A program made the translations under genes and the position numbers. 64,000 bases of DNA, from IMG/VR virus record IMGVR_UViG_3300050014_000823, positions 235,145 through 299,144 of that record; one strand, written 5' to 3'. Under the pieces are notes generated by a model. That model saw only the letters and a list, made by a program, of their open reading frames with translations, ran no database searches and was not told where the DNA came from. Of the stretch, positions 54,026 through 63,120 are shown in pieces. Numbering within the stretch: position 1 is the first letter of the stretch; each line of letters begins with the position of its first letter.

Positions 54026-55506
54026 GTTTTAAACCTACCGATGAACAGGAAAGGATATTTCTTTTCATAAAGAAACGTCCTGAGAACGTATTAATTAAGG
54101 CATTTGCTGGTTGTGGTAAAACTTCAACCGTTGTCGAAGCAGTTAAATTACTGCCACCCGATAAGTCTATTACCTTCTTGGCTTTCAACAAGCATATCCA
54201 AGAGGAACTGAAAACAAAGTTGCCGGAGCATGTAAGATGCTATACTACCTATGGTTTGGGAACTTCCGCAATTAAGAGGAAGTATGGTGACAAAATAACT
54301 TTCGATGAGTTCAAGGCAGATAAAATCATATTGAAAAAATCGAAAAATTGGGGATTGGAAGATGAGTTTAAAAGCCAGGAAAAACTTGACTATTATCTTA
54401 ACTCAATTAAAAAACTTGCGAACCTCTGCAGACTTACTTTAACAGTTAAGCCGGAATACATTCCGTATATAGCTGACCGATACGAAATAAATAATCTGAG
54501 CAAACCTCAAGATATCAAGAGGGTATTGAAAGTACTCGATGAAATGTCAACCAATAGGGAAACCTTTGATTTTACGGACATGGTTTACTTACCTGCAATA
54601 GATAATGGTATCTGGATGTTCCCGCAGGATTACGTATTTGTAGACGAAATCCAAGACGTTAATCGTTGTCAGATTCGTATGATTGAGAAAGTCTTAAAAC
54701 GTGACAGAAAAACAGGCAAACTTTTGGGTAGGTTAATTTGTGTTGGTGACTTTTATCAAGGTATCTATGGTTTTAATGCAGCCGATGAGAAGTCTTTCGA
54801 ATGGTTCGAAAAGTTTCCGAACACCAAAACTCTACCACTTTCATATTCCTTCCGTTGTGCTAAGAATATTATTACCGAAGCAAACCGACTTGTTCCGGAA
54901 ATTAAGGCACTTCCCGAAGCACCCGATGGTATTGTCCGGGAAGGACATGTGCTTGAAGAAGCAGAAAGCGGTGACTTTGTACTCTGCAGGACCACAATGC
55001 CGTTAGTTAAATTATTCTTTGAGTTCTTGGTTCAACACAAAAAAGCAATTGTTAAAGGTTCTGATATTGGTGTACATCTTAAGGAGTTAATCGGCACAAT
55101 TAAAACACTTAGCGAATTAAAAACTTTCTGGGAACAGGAACTTGATAATTTTAAAGCCGACTTGAAAAGCAAAGGTGTGCTGAATCCCGAAGAACACTCA
55201 GGGTTTGTTGCACTTGCCGACAAGGTTTTGACATTAGTATTTCTTGCCAAACTTTCAACAGATATTCCCGACTTAAAATCAAAGATTGAAACCATATTTA
55301 CCGACAAAATACAGGGTATTTGTCTTAGCACTGTGCATAAAGCTAAAGGATTAGAGGCGAACCGAGTATTTATAGTACGTCCGGACCTATTACCAATGAA
55401 AGCCGTAAAGGGTTGGCAACAGATTCAAGAGACAAATTTGGAGTATGTGGCAATAACAAGAGCAAAAACCGAACTTATATATGACAATGAATGGTCTGAT
55501 GAATAG
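54022..55506 (+). CDS. uvrD: Superfamily I (UvrD/Rep-like) helicase
   Basis: AFAGCGKTST Walker A, FVDEIQD, VGDFYQGIYGF, LSYSFRC, STVHKAKGLE, YVAITRAK. Confidence 0.88.
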   Translation: MSFKPTDEQERIFLFIKKRPENVLIKAFAGCGKTSTVVEAVKLLPPDKSITFLAFNKHIQEELKTKLPEHVRCYTTYGLGTSAIKRKYGDKITFDEFKADKIILKKSKNWGLEDEFKSQEKLDYYLNSIKKLANLCRLTLTVKPEYIPYIADRYEINNLSKPQDIKRVLKVLDEMSTNRETFDFTDMVYLPAIDNGIWMFPQDYVFVDEIQDVNRCQIRMIEKVLKRDRKTGKLLGRLICVGDFYQGIYGFNAADEKSFEWFEKFPNTKTLPLSYSFRCAKNIITEANRLVPEIKALPEAPDGIVREGHVLEEAESGDFVLCRTTMPLVKLFFEFLVQHKKAIVKGSDIGVHLKELIGTIKTLSELKTFWEQELDNFKADLKSKGVLNPEEHSGFVALADKVLTLVFLAKLSTDIPDLKSKIETIFTDKIQGICLSTVHKAKGLEANRVFIVRPDLLPMKAVKGWQQIQETNLEYVAITRAKTELIYDNEWSDE

Positions 55507-55720
55507 AAAACACGTCAAAATCACAGTCAACTTACCAAAAGGTTGTGATGACGTAATTGGCACAGCCGTCAAAGACGGTGAAGATGTCGTAGGTAAAGTC
55601 ATTGAATATGACAAAGAAACTGGTAAGGCAACAATGAAATTAAAAGCTGCAACATGGAAAAAAATTGCAGGTAACACAGGATTACCAAAAAATTTATACA
55701 GCGAACAAAAGAAGAATTAG
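55481..55720 (+). CDS. Small hypothetical protein
   Basis: 79-aa ORF; true start may be a few codons downstream. Confidence 0.5.
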   Translation: MTMNGLMNRKHVKITVNLPKGCDDVIGTAVKDGEDVVGKVIEYDKETGKATMKLKAATWKKIAGNTGLPKNLYSEQKKN

Positions 55721-56087
55721 TATGTTACATGAAATGGAATGGCAAGTAAAAATTGAGGGACAATCAAAGCAAAGGATTTTGGTTACCTTCGACCCACAGG
55801 GAGAATTAATAATTTTCAAAGGTCAGTACTCGATTAAAAACAATTGGGTTGACTTTAGCACAGACACTTATCCAATGGACATTACGTTGGAAGGTATACA
55901 GGCAAAAATAATTAAGGTGTATAATCAGATGAATGACAGACTTAAAGTCTATGATGACCTTAATAAAAGTTTCGCCTTGATTAAAAATGTGGAAATACGA
56001 AACGGAGAATTGGCAGGTACTATAGTAGTTACCGACAATTCCATTTATGGAAGTCCCGTAGAAGACAGGGGAAGAGATAACGTTTAG
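55665..56087 (+). CDS. Hypothetical protein
   Basis: 140-aa ORF; start uncertain. Confidence 0.55.
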   Translation: MQVTQDYQKIYTANKRRISMLHEMEWQVKIEGQSKQRILVTFDPQGELIIFKGQYSIKNNWVDFSTDTYPMDITLEGIQAKIIKVYNQMNDRLKVYDDLNKSFALIKNVEIRNGELAGTIVVTDNSIYGSPVEDRGRDNV

Positions 56088-56473
56088 TGTCCACCTGCAT
56101 TTGATGCAGTGTTTTGACCATTTATGTTGGTATTTAATGAAGTACCACCGTTCCTATTATTACTGCTACTAAACTGACCACCACTATTATTTACAGGTGG
56201 AGTAGTTGCTCTTTCTCTAACAAGTGCTTCGACAGTACCGTTTAATGTACCAATGGATGTATTGATTTTAATGAGTTCTTGTGAAGTTGCCGCATTTTGG
56301 TCATTTTGTGCTTTAAACATTTCACTATAGTGTGATTCTGTGGCATTAACTTTAGGTACTACAACAAGTTGATAGAACCCATAGAATAACCCCAATAATG
56401 CAAATATTAACGCAAAAAAACTTTTTACAGTAAAAACAATTTGCGTACTTCCGCTAATTTGATTGAGTCCCAT
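56084..56473 (-). CDS. Single-pass membrane protein with coiled coil and Ser/Asn/Gly tail
   Basis: MGLNQ...FFALIFALLGLFYGFYQLVVV transmembrane segment; start adjusted to 56473. Confidence 0.65.
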   Translation of the reverse strand: MGLNQISGSTQIVFTVKSFFALIFALLGLFYGFYQLVVVPKVNATESHYSEMFKAQNDQNAATSQELIKINTSIGTLNGTVEALVRERATTPPVNNSGGQFSSSNNRNGGTSLNTNINGQNTASNAGGH

Positions 56474-56513
56474 CAGTTTAAATTTCTTATTTCCTAATTT
56501 ATTTTTTAACCAC

Positions 56514-56972
56514 TTATTTATCTCTGTAATACAGAGAACTTTTCCAAGTGATTTTAATATTAATTGTATCCAAGTCACTATCATATCTGTATACTACTGT
56601 TGGCGTTGTTCCAATTATTACTGCAAATCCGTTTGGTGATTGTTCACGTGTAATTTCCAAACTATCTATAAATATTTTTGCACCGCTTATCCAAGTTTTA
56701 ACCGCTTGACCATTGTACTTTGAATTGCTTTGTAACACCAATTCATATCTGTATTTGGGTAAGACATTAACCTGTTTCTGAATAGTAGTCTGATTTATAG
56801 ACATTACATTCAGTTGTTTTGTAACATATGATGAAATACTTATTTTATTTGCTTGTGATGTTTCTCTATCCCAAGTTCCTAAATCTTCTACCTTACTTTT
56901 TTTGACATAATCTTGTGCATTTAATGCAATAAATCCAAACAATAGTACGGCAATAATTAAAATTTTTTTCAT
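56514..56972 (-). CDS. Secreted protein with signal peptide I
   Basis: MKKILIIAVLLFGFIALNA-Q; Gln at +1 is typical of Bacteroidota; late motif at 56991-56998. Confidence 0.75.
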   Translation of the reverse strand: MKKILIIAVLLFGFIALNAQDYVKKSKVEDLGTWDRETSQANKISISSYVTKQLNVMSINQTTIQKQVNVLPKYRYELVLQSNSKYNGQAVKTWISGAKIFIDSLEITREQSPNGFAVIIGTTPTVVYRYDSDLDTINIKITWKSSLYYRDK

Positions 56973-57011
56973 TATATAAACATTACGACTATAAATACTT
57001 TTATAAAAAGA

Positions 57012-57037
57012 AAAAGGGTGTCAATTGACACCCTTTT
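57012..57037 (-). terminator. Intrinsic terminator after the major capsid gene
   Basis: Palindrome AAAAGGGTGTCAA/TTGACACCCTTTT with a U-run on the minus strand. Confidence 0.8.
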
Positions 57038-57057
57038 CTATATTGGTTGTTTTAAGA

Positions 57058-58731
57058 TTACCTTAAGTCACCGATTCCGAAGGTTGTTAAACCATCGCAG
57101 TAGATTCTACCGTAGTAACGGTTAAGTACCATTTTCTTTGCATAACGAGTCATGATACCACGGATTGGTGTGAAATCAAATGGGTTATACATTACAGGGG
57201 TTAACTGCATTGGTACGTAAGGAGCGTAGATGTAACCTGTTTCCAAGATACTTGTTCCTTTATGTCCGATAAGCACTGTGTTAGCAGGTGAATAAGGGTC
57301 ACGATATACAAGATAACGTCCGCTAAGTGTACCGATTTTCTCAATACCCATGTTGTACTTGTCCTGTTCTGGAGAAGCGTTAGATACATGGAAATATTCA
57401 AGGTCATCGAATACTGCAGATACCTCAGGAGATACTACAATCCATGATGCGCCACCACGAAGGGTTGCTTTGTGAATCTGTGCAGAAATCTGGTTAATTT
57501 TCGTAACCAAAGTCTGGTTCCAGTCCTTCTGTGTACCCATGTAAGCAGTTGTCTGTCTACGGATACCGTTGTAGTCCCATCTTGATGTCCAAGCAGCACC
57601 ACGTCTCAAATCACGAAGGATTTCACGGTCAATTTCAGCAGCCATTTGCTCAGAAAGCAATGCTGTTAATTCAGCTTCAGCGTCAATGTTTTGGAAAGCA
57701 CTAACGTCCTGTGCAAGTTCTGGAGTCCACTGTGCACGCATTTTTCTTGTCTCAACTGATACAGTTACCTGGTCAAGTTGGAAAGTTACTTCAGCCATAC
57801 GGCTATCTTCTTCCATATCAGAGTAAACTCTGTATTCGAATGAGAAAGCAGGTGTGCCTGTTGATGCGCTTAATGCCTGGTAACCATCAGTTCCAGCGTA
57901 GGTTAAGTCAACAAGTAAGGTCATGTTACCAAGTTTGTCAACCATTGCCTGTCCGTATTTCTGAACTTTTACGTTGAAAGGAATAGATGTACCTGCAAGA
58001 AGACTTTCACTTACGAAAGGAGCAGGAGCAGTAAAGTTAGCACTTGATTTGATTTTCAAACCAGCTAAGAAAGATTCAGTGTCCATTGGAACGCCCGTAG
58101 GTCCAACTAACTTACCTTCGAAGGTTGTACTGAAACCACCAACTACTACTGTAAGATATTTTGTTCCAGGTGCGTAAGGGAATGGAAGTGAAGTAGCACC
58201 AGTTACAACGGTGATTTCACCTTTGCTTCTGTCAAATAATGATGCACCTTCTTCAGCGTATTCAGTTGCATAGAAAGCATCGTATAATGAACGGCTTTCG
58301 AACTGAGTTCTTGCTGATAATACTGTGGTTGCTGCGTTAGCATATGCACCATCAGGTGAAGTGTTAGCGAACTGAGCTGCGTTAACTTGAACTCTCTCAG
58401 ATGCTTTAGGGTTGATGTAGTACAATTTACCGATAGGTAAGTTAAGTGCTTGTACAGACACGATGTCGTTTGCTAAAAGTTTAGCGAACACTCTACGGAT
58501 AACCGGGAATGCAACGGTTTCAAACTGACCACTGTTATATGATTCAGTTGACTCGTTAATCATGTGTGATAACTGGTTTTCGAAAAGCTGTGCGCAGTTC
58601 TCTTTTACGTTACCTTCAAGACCTTCAAGAAGTCCGATTTTTTCCCAACGATTCGTTGTTATTTCTCTTTGTTCACGGAGTTGTTTCAAACCAATGTTGC
58701 CAACTTCCGCACTTTCTAATAAAAATCCCAT
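57058..58731 (-). CDS. gp23: Major capsid protein (T4 gp23-like)
   Basis: RWEKIGLLEGL, AQLFENQ, FPVIRRVF, VSVQALNLPIGKLYY, RKMRAQWTPELAQD, EIDREIL, YAPYVP, GIMTRYA. Confidence 0.95.
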   Translation of the reverse strand: MGFLLESAEVGNIGLKQLREQREITTNRWEKIGLLEGLEGNVKENCAQLFENQLSHMINESTESYNSGQFETVAFPVIRRVFAKLLANDIVSVQALNLPIGKLYYINPKASERVQVNAAQFANTSPDGAYANAATTVLSARTQFESRSLYDAFYATEYAEEGASLFDRSKGEITVVTGATSLPFPYAPGTKYLTVVVGGFSTTFEGKLVGPTGVPMDTESFLAGLKIKSSANFTAPAPFVSESLLAGTSIPFNVKVQKYGQAMVDKLGNMTLLVDLTYAGTDGYQALSASTGTPAFSFEYRVYSDMEEDSRMAEVTFQLDQVTVSVETRKMRAQWTPELAQDVSAFQNIDAEAELTALLSEQMAAEIDREILRDLRRGAAWTSRWDYNGIRRQTTAYMGTQKDWNQTLVTKINQISAQIHKATLRGGASWIVVSPEVSAVFDDLEYFHVSNASPEQDKYNMGIEKIGTLSGRYLVYRDPYSPANTVLIGHKGTSILETGYIYAPYVPMQLTPVMYNPFDFTPIRGIMTRYAKKMVLNRYYGRIYCDGLTTFGIGDLR

Positions 58732-58751
58732 TTTGTATGATTTTTTTTATG

Positions 58752-60359
58752 TTATTGAATTATTTTTTTGTCTCTTCTTTCGACATACTCAATCAGTTTT
58801 TTCATTTTATTGATGTGTTTGTCGTCTTTGTAAGCGGTTACCTCATCAAGTTGTTGCTTAGAAGAAGGCTGTATAGAGACACTTGCCTTTGCTTCTACGC
58901 TCTCAGTTAGAGTTTTCTTACCTTCCTTCATTTCTGTAAGGAAGTTTTTGTACACCTTCTGTGATGAAGCGATACTATCAACCTTTTTAAATTCGTTGAT
59001 AATCTTTATTTTATCATCTTGTGTCAAGGCGAGTTCTTCGTTAACCAACAGATTGTTGACGTGAGCCAAGTTGGTGTTGAATACTGCCATTTCTTTCAAT
59101 TGATTGCGATACTTGTCAAGTGCAATTTTGTAATTTTCAAGTAATTTGGTAACACTCTGTTTGTACTCCTTAGTTTCATTCAACTTTTTAGTGAGAATTT
59201 TGTTCTCTTTGATTAAACCACCTAATTTCTTAGCTGATTCATCCTGTTGACGGAATCTTCCGTGAGTTCCTTCGTGGTCACCTAATTTACCGGGTGTGAT
59301 TGTACCTGCAGAATAAGAAATTTGCATAGTTTCATCAACTGGTGCTTCTGAACCTGCTGAACCCAATACGTCTTGTACGTCTTGGTCGGTAATAGTTGGC
59401 TCTTCGTCAATCATTGGCTGAGTAGGTCCACCCGGATGAATGCGGTTTGCACCTTGTCCACCGTTGTTTTTTTGTTCGCCTAATTCGTCAATCATTGGGT
59501 GAGTAGGTCCACCAGCGTTGACTTGGTTTGCACCTTGTCCACCGTTGTTTTTCTGCTCTCCAAGACCACCGAGATTATTAATCATTTCATCAAGTTGTTC
59601 TCTCATTTTTACAAGTTGGTCCACCGGACTGCCTGTAGTTGTTGCAGCTTGTACTCCGTTTAATTCCTCACCAAGTCCCTGCATCTGAGAAATTTCTTCC
59701 TCGATTTGTTCCATTGTGAGAACGTCATCGTTTCCACCTGCATTACCCAAAGCATTGTCCACACTCTGTGTATCAAGTTCTGTTATGTCGAATTCTTCTG
59801 TTAAATTTGGCATTGGTTTACCTGAAGTTGGTCCTTTGATTTTTTCTTTAAAAGCAACACCCTTTTCGAGTTCACCTTTACCCTGATTTGGAGTTTTAGC
59901 TTCCACATCAGCTACGAAATCTTTTTCACGTTCTTCTTCAAGCATGTCCTTTCCTTTAGCTTTCGCTTTTTCTTTGAAAGGTTCACCCTTACCAACAGTA
60001 TCAGTGATTTTTACATCTTCTGCTACTTTCTGAATTCCTTTTGGTTTTTCACCGAAAGGCTTGCTGCTACCAGCTTCTTCTTTTACGACCTTTTTGGTCT
60101 CTTTTTCTTGATTCTTCATATCAGATTCTTTGTTTGATTCAGTTTCATCTGATTCCTCAGATTCTTTGTCATTATCCAATATTTTATAGGACTCTTTTAC
60201 TGACTTTTTATTTTTAGTTATTTCTTCTTTTAATAAGTTGTTAAATTCCTTTGGGAATTCTTCTGCCAATCTTTTTTTAGCATTAGCATCTGCAGCTTCT
60301 TGGATTGAGTTATAATCCACTAAGGCTTCTTTGAGAATAGATTTGCTTTCGTTTGCCAT
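58752..60359 (-). CDS. Prohead scaffold/core protein
   Basis: Acidic/charged coiled coil between protease and capsid; MANESKSILKEAL, C-terminal EMAVFNTNLAHVNNLL; late motif at 60395-60402. Confidence 0.75.
   Translation of the reverse strand: MANESKSILKEALVDYNSIQEAADANAKKRLAEEFPKEFNNLLKEEITKNKKSVKESYKILDNDKESEESDETESNKESDMKNQEKETKKVVKEEAGSSKPFGEKPKGIQKVAEDVKITDTVGKGEPFKEKAKAKGKDMLEEEREKDFVADVEAKTPNQGKGELEKGVAFKEKIKGPTSGKPMPNLTEEFDITELDTQSVDNALGNAGGNDDVLTMEQIEEEISQMQGLGEELNGVQAATTTGSPVDQLVKMREQLDEMINNLGGLGEQKNNGGQGANQVNAGGPTHPMIDELGEQKNNGGQGANRIHPGGPTQPMIDEEPTITDQDVQDVLGSAGSEAPVDETMQISYSAGTITPGKLGDHEGTHGRFRQQDESAKKLGGLIKENKILTKKLNETKEYKQSVTKLLENYKIALDKYRNQLKEMAVFNTNLAHVNNLLVNEELALTQDDKIKIINEFKKVDSIASSQKVYKNFLTEMKEGKKTLTESVEAKASVSIQPSSKQQLDEVTAYKDDKHINKMKKLIEYVERRDKKIIQ
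59403..59564 (-). repeat. 81-bp (27-aa) tandem duplication in the scaffold gene
   Basis: LGEQKNNGGQGANQVNAGGPTHPMIDE / LGEQKNNGGQGANRIHPGGPTQPMIDE. Confidence 0.85.
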
Positions 60360-60494
60360 ATCTTTATTGTCGTGACTAATACTATAATTTTTATATAAAT
60401 ACGTAATTTTTATCAAAAAGTATTATTTTTAATGATTTCGCCTTTAATTTTCTTGCTTATCAGAAAAATTATACTATATTATGCGCCCAAATAT

Positions 60495-62414
60495 TTATAA
60501 TAAAAATTTGTCTATTGCCGTAATTATCTTATCGTCACCTTCTTTAAGATAAATACCATTTTTATTTACGTAGGTTTCTCCAAAGCTAAGTTCGCCATTT
60601 TTGCCAGGGAATAGAAATGCTCCGGGAGTACTTGGTGTTGCAACTAAGTCAAAACCAATTAATTCGAAGTCATTTTGTACAAGGTTCTCACCATGTAATT
60701 CCTTAAGCGTTCCGACACCACGGCTGGAAATACCTAATCTGATTTTATTTTGTAAGTAGAGAATTACCTTATCGCCAACAACTGAAACCACACCATACTT
60801 AATAAAGCCGGGTGATACAATTATTTTTAATTCTCCGAATAAAACATTTTCTTGCTGACCTTTACCCCACCACATTTTTGTAATCATGTGTGAGATATTC
60901 TGAAGTGATATTATGCTTGAATTACCTGTCCAATGTGATTTGCCGTTTACTTTAACTAAAAAGTTGCCATTTTTAACTCTAACGCAAGCAATGTCACCAT
61001 CAAAATCAATCTCATTAACACTAATACATCTTTTATCTAAATAAATGTTTTTTCTTTTTGATATATTTAAATTATATTGTAAATGAGAGTTTTCTTCTTT
61101 AATCAACCTTCTTTCATTAACATCTTCGTTCATATGTTCAATTGTTCCATCGGATAAAACAATCTCTTTTTTTATTATTACACAATCTATTAAATATCTG
61201 TCTTTAGGTTGATATGTAGTAATATTACCGTTTCCACCAATTTTAATCAGCACTTCGTGTAAATCATTAATTAATTGTTTTGATATTGAAAAAACCGATT
61301 CTTTATTCGACCAATTTTTATGCTTTGACTTAACCGATTTACCATCGCCAATTTGAAACCAATCAAAAAATATTTTCAATAAATTTGATGATGCCTGTTT
61401 TAATTCAACAGGAATATATTTATTATATGAATATCCTAATGGATATAAATAATTATATAATCTTGCGTCTGCTATATGATATTGACATTTTCCATTATCA
61501 TGTTCATCAACCCAATATTTAAAAGGTAATTTATTTAATAATTCTACAATAATTTTCTTTTTTTCCGTATTTTTTTGTGTTATAACAACATCATATCCTT
61601 TCAATTTATATTGATTGGACTTTGTACCGCCACAATGCCCTTCAGCCAAATAAATACCTATAAATGCAAACCAATCCTCAGACTTAATATTGATTGGTCG
61701 TGTATATTTTTCAATTAAATCATGTTTTGTATTAAAACTAAGAATATTTGTGTCAACGCCATTTAATGTGAAATATTCATTATATTGACCAACCCATTCA
61801 CCTGTTTTTAATAATTTATATTTACCTGATGAGAAAATATTGTTTTTATTATTAAAAATATCTTCAGCAAAAAAATAATTTCTATCACCTTTCGAGTTTT
61901 CAAGTAAAAATCTGTGATTACCAGTCACAGTTAAATCAATATTTTGACCAAAAAATTTATACATCTTACCCTTATAATCCAAATAGATTTTTTTATCAAT
62001 TTTTTGAATTTCAATTTGATTTGTTTCGGTATTTAATGTTAATATTTCTTCATCTTCTGAAATGTCCTTGAACCATTTCCAACCATTTTTAGTACAAATC
62101 ATTGATTCAGAAGCATTTACGCAGTCTGGGTGGTCGGCTTCGGAAACCGCACTATTAGTATCAACTAACTTTTGATACTCCATAACTTGTGGTAGAAGAA
62201 CCTCTTTAGGATAAATCCTACCGTTCTTATTTTTAACACCCCACTTCTGTAAAATACAGTTTATTAAAACTGGCTCATTTGGCTTAAGCACAAATGCTTC
62301 GTTAACGTATTTGGGATTTAAATCAGAGTCTAAATAACCAGCATCGTGCTCGATTAAAATTCCAAAACCCACATCACCAGCTTCCAGTATCCTGCTTAAT
62401 TGTTTCTTTAGCAT
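60495..62414 (-). CDS. gp21: Prohead core protease (T4 gp21-like) containing an intein
   Basis: ILQKWGVKNKNGRIYP, SEADHPD...SSIISLQNISH, LGISSRGVG, FDLVATPSTPGA. Confidence 0.92.
   Translation of the reverse strand: MLKKQLSRILEAGDVGFGILIEHDAGYLDSDLNPKYVNEAFVLKPNEPVLINCILQKWGVKNKNGRIYPKEVLLPQVMEYQKLVDTNSAVSEADHPDCVNASESMICTKNGWKWFKDISEDEEILTLNTETNQIEIQKIDKKIYLDYKGKMYKFFGQNIDLTVTGNHRFLLENSKGDRNYFFAEDIFNNKNNIFSSGKYKLLKTGEWVGQYNEYFTLNGVDTNILSFNTKHDLIEKYTRPINIKSEDWFAFIGIYLAEGHCGGTKSNQYKLKGYDVVITQKNTEKKKIIVELLNKLPFKYWVDEHDNGKCQYHIADARLYNYLYPLGYSYNKYIPVELKQASSNLLKIFFDWFQIGDGKSVKSKHKNWSNKESVFSISKQLINDLHEVLIKIGGNGNITTYQPKDRYLIDCVIIKKEIVLSDGTIEHMNEDVNERRLIKEENSHLQYNLNISKRKNIYLDKRCISVNEIDFDGDIACVRVKNGNFLVKVNGKSHWTGNSSIISLQNISHMITKMWWGKGQQENVLFGELKIIVSPGFIKYGVVSVVGDKVILYLQNKIRLGISSRGVGTLKELHGENLVQNDFELIGFDLVATPSTPGAFLFPGKNGELSFGETYVNKNGIYLKEGDDKIITAIDKFLL
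60921..62123 (-). mobile_element. 401-aa intein with LAGLIDADG endonuclease
   Basis: Starts CVNASESMICTKNGWK, contains VTGNHRF (block B) and FIGIYLAEGH (LAGLIDADG), ends LVKVNGKSHWTGN; +1 residue is Ser. Confidence 0.92.
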
Positions 62415-62446
62415 AACAAATTCTTTACTATAAATAGTTTGCAATA

Positions 62447-62599
62447 TTAATTTAACTCAACACTAACCTTTTGTTGAGGTTCTTTTACCGTTTTAACATC
62501 CTCAACATTAATATTTTCAATAAAAATGCGAGTCTCTGTCTCGATTAAAATTTTTTTAAGAGTTGCGTTAACCTCTTTTAGTTTTTCTAATTTGGTCAT
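62447..62599 (-). CDS. Small hypothetical protein
   Basis: Not in the ORF track; manual translation MTKLEKLKEVNATLKK... 50 aa, filling the gap in the operon. Confidence 0.45.
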   Translation of the reverse strand: MTKLEKLKEVNATLKKILIETETRIFIENINVEDVKTVKEPQQKVSVELN

Positions 62600-62608
62600 T
62601 GGATTGAA

Positions 62609-63025
62609 TTATGATTCTGGAGTTATTTTTTCAACCTTTTCACGAATTTCGTCTAACTTCAATAAGATTTTTTCACTCTCAACTCTTCCAATTTTTTCGT
62701 TTAAATCCAATAACATAGATACACCATTTAATACATGTAGGGTTTCTTTTTCACTTTCCATCCACTGACGACCTCTTTCTTCCTCTTTTTTAAGCATTTC
62801 CACTCTGATTCTTTCGAGTGTATCCGAATGGTCCTTTCTGATTGCATCAACTTTTGCAGTATGTTGCTGTTGCATGAGTTTCATTTCAGCAGTTTTCTTT
62901 TTTAGTGACCTCATTGCAATGATGATGGATATCGTGTATGTGACGACTGAAACACCAATCATCGCAATTATAATATATTGATGCAAAAGTGTGGCATCTG
63001 TTCCGGCTATTTGCATTAAAATCAT
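62609..63025 (-). CDS. Single-pass membrane protein with coiled coil (holin-like?)
   Basis: YIIIAMIGVSVVTYTISIIIAM transmembrane segment then a charged helix; CTATTTAT motif at 63041-63048. Confidence 0.6.
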   Translation of the reverse strand: MILMQIAGTDATLLHQYIIIAMIGVSVVTYTISIIIAMRSLKKKTAEMKLMQQQHTAKVDAIRKDHSDTLERIRVEMLKKEEERGRQWMESEKETLHVLNGVSMLLDLNEKIGRVESEKILLKLDEIREKVEKITPES

Positions 63026-63120
63026 AGTTTTTGTTTTATAATAAATAGTCTTGAAACTCTGATAAGATTTTATTATCTTTATATTTTTTCAATTTCTGTA
63101 TTTATAGTAAAATCAGAATA

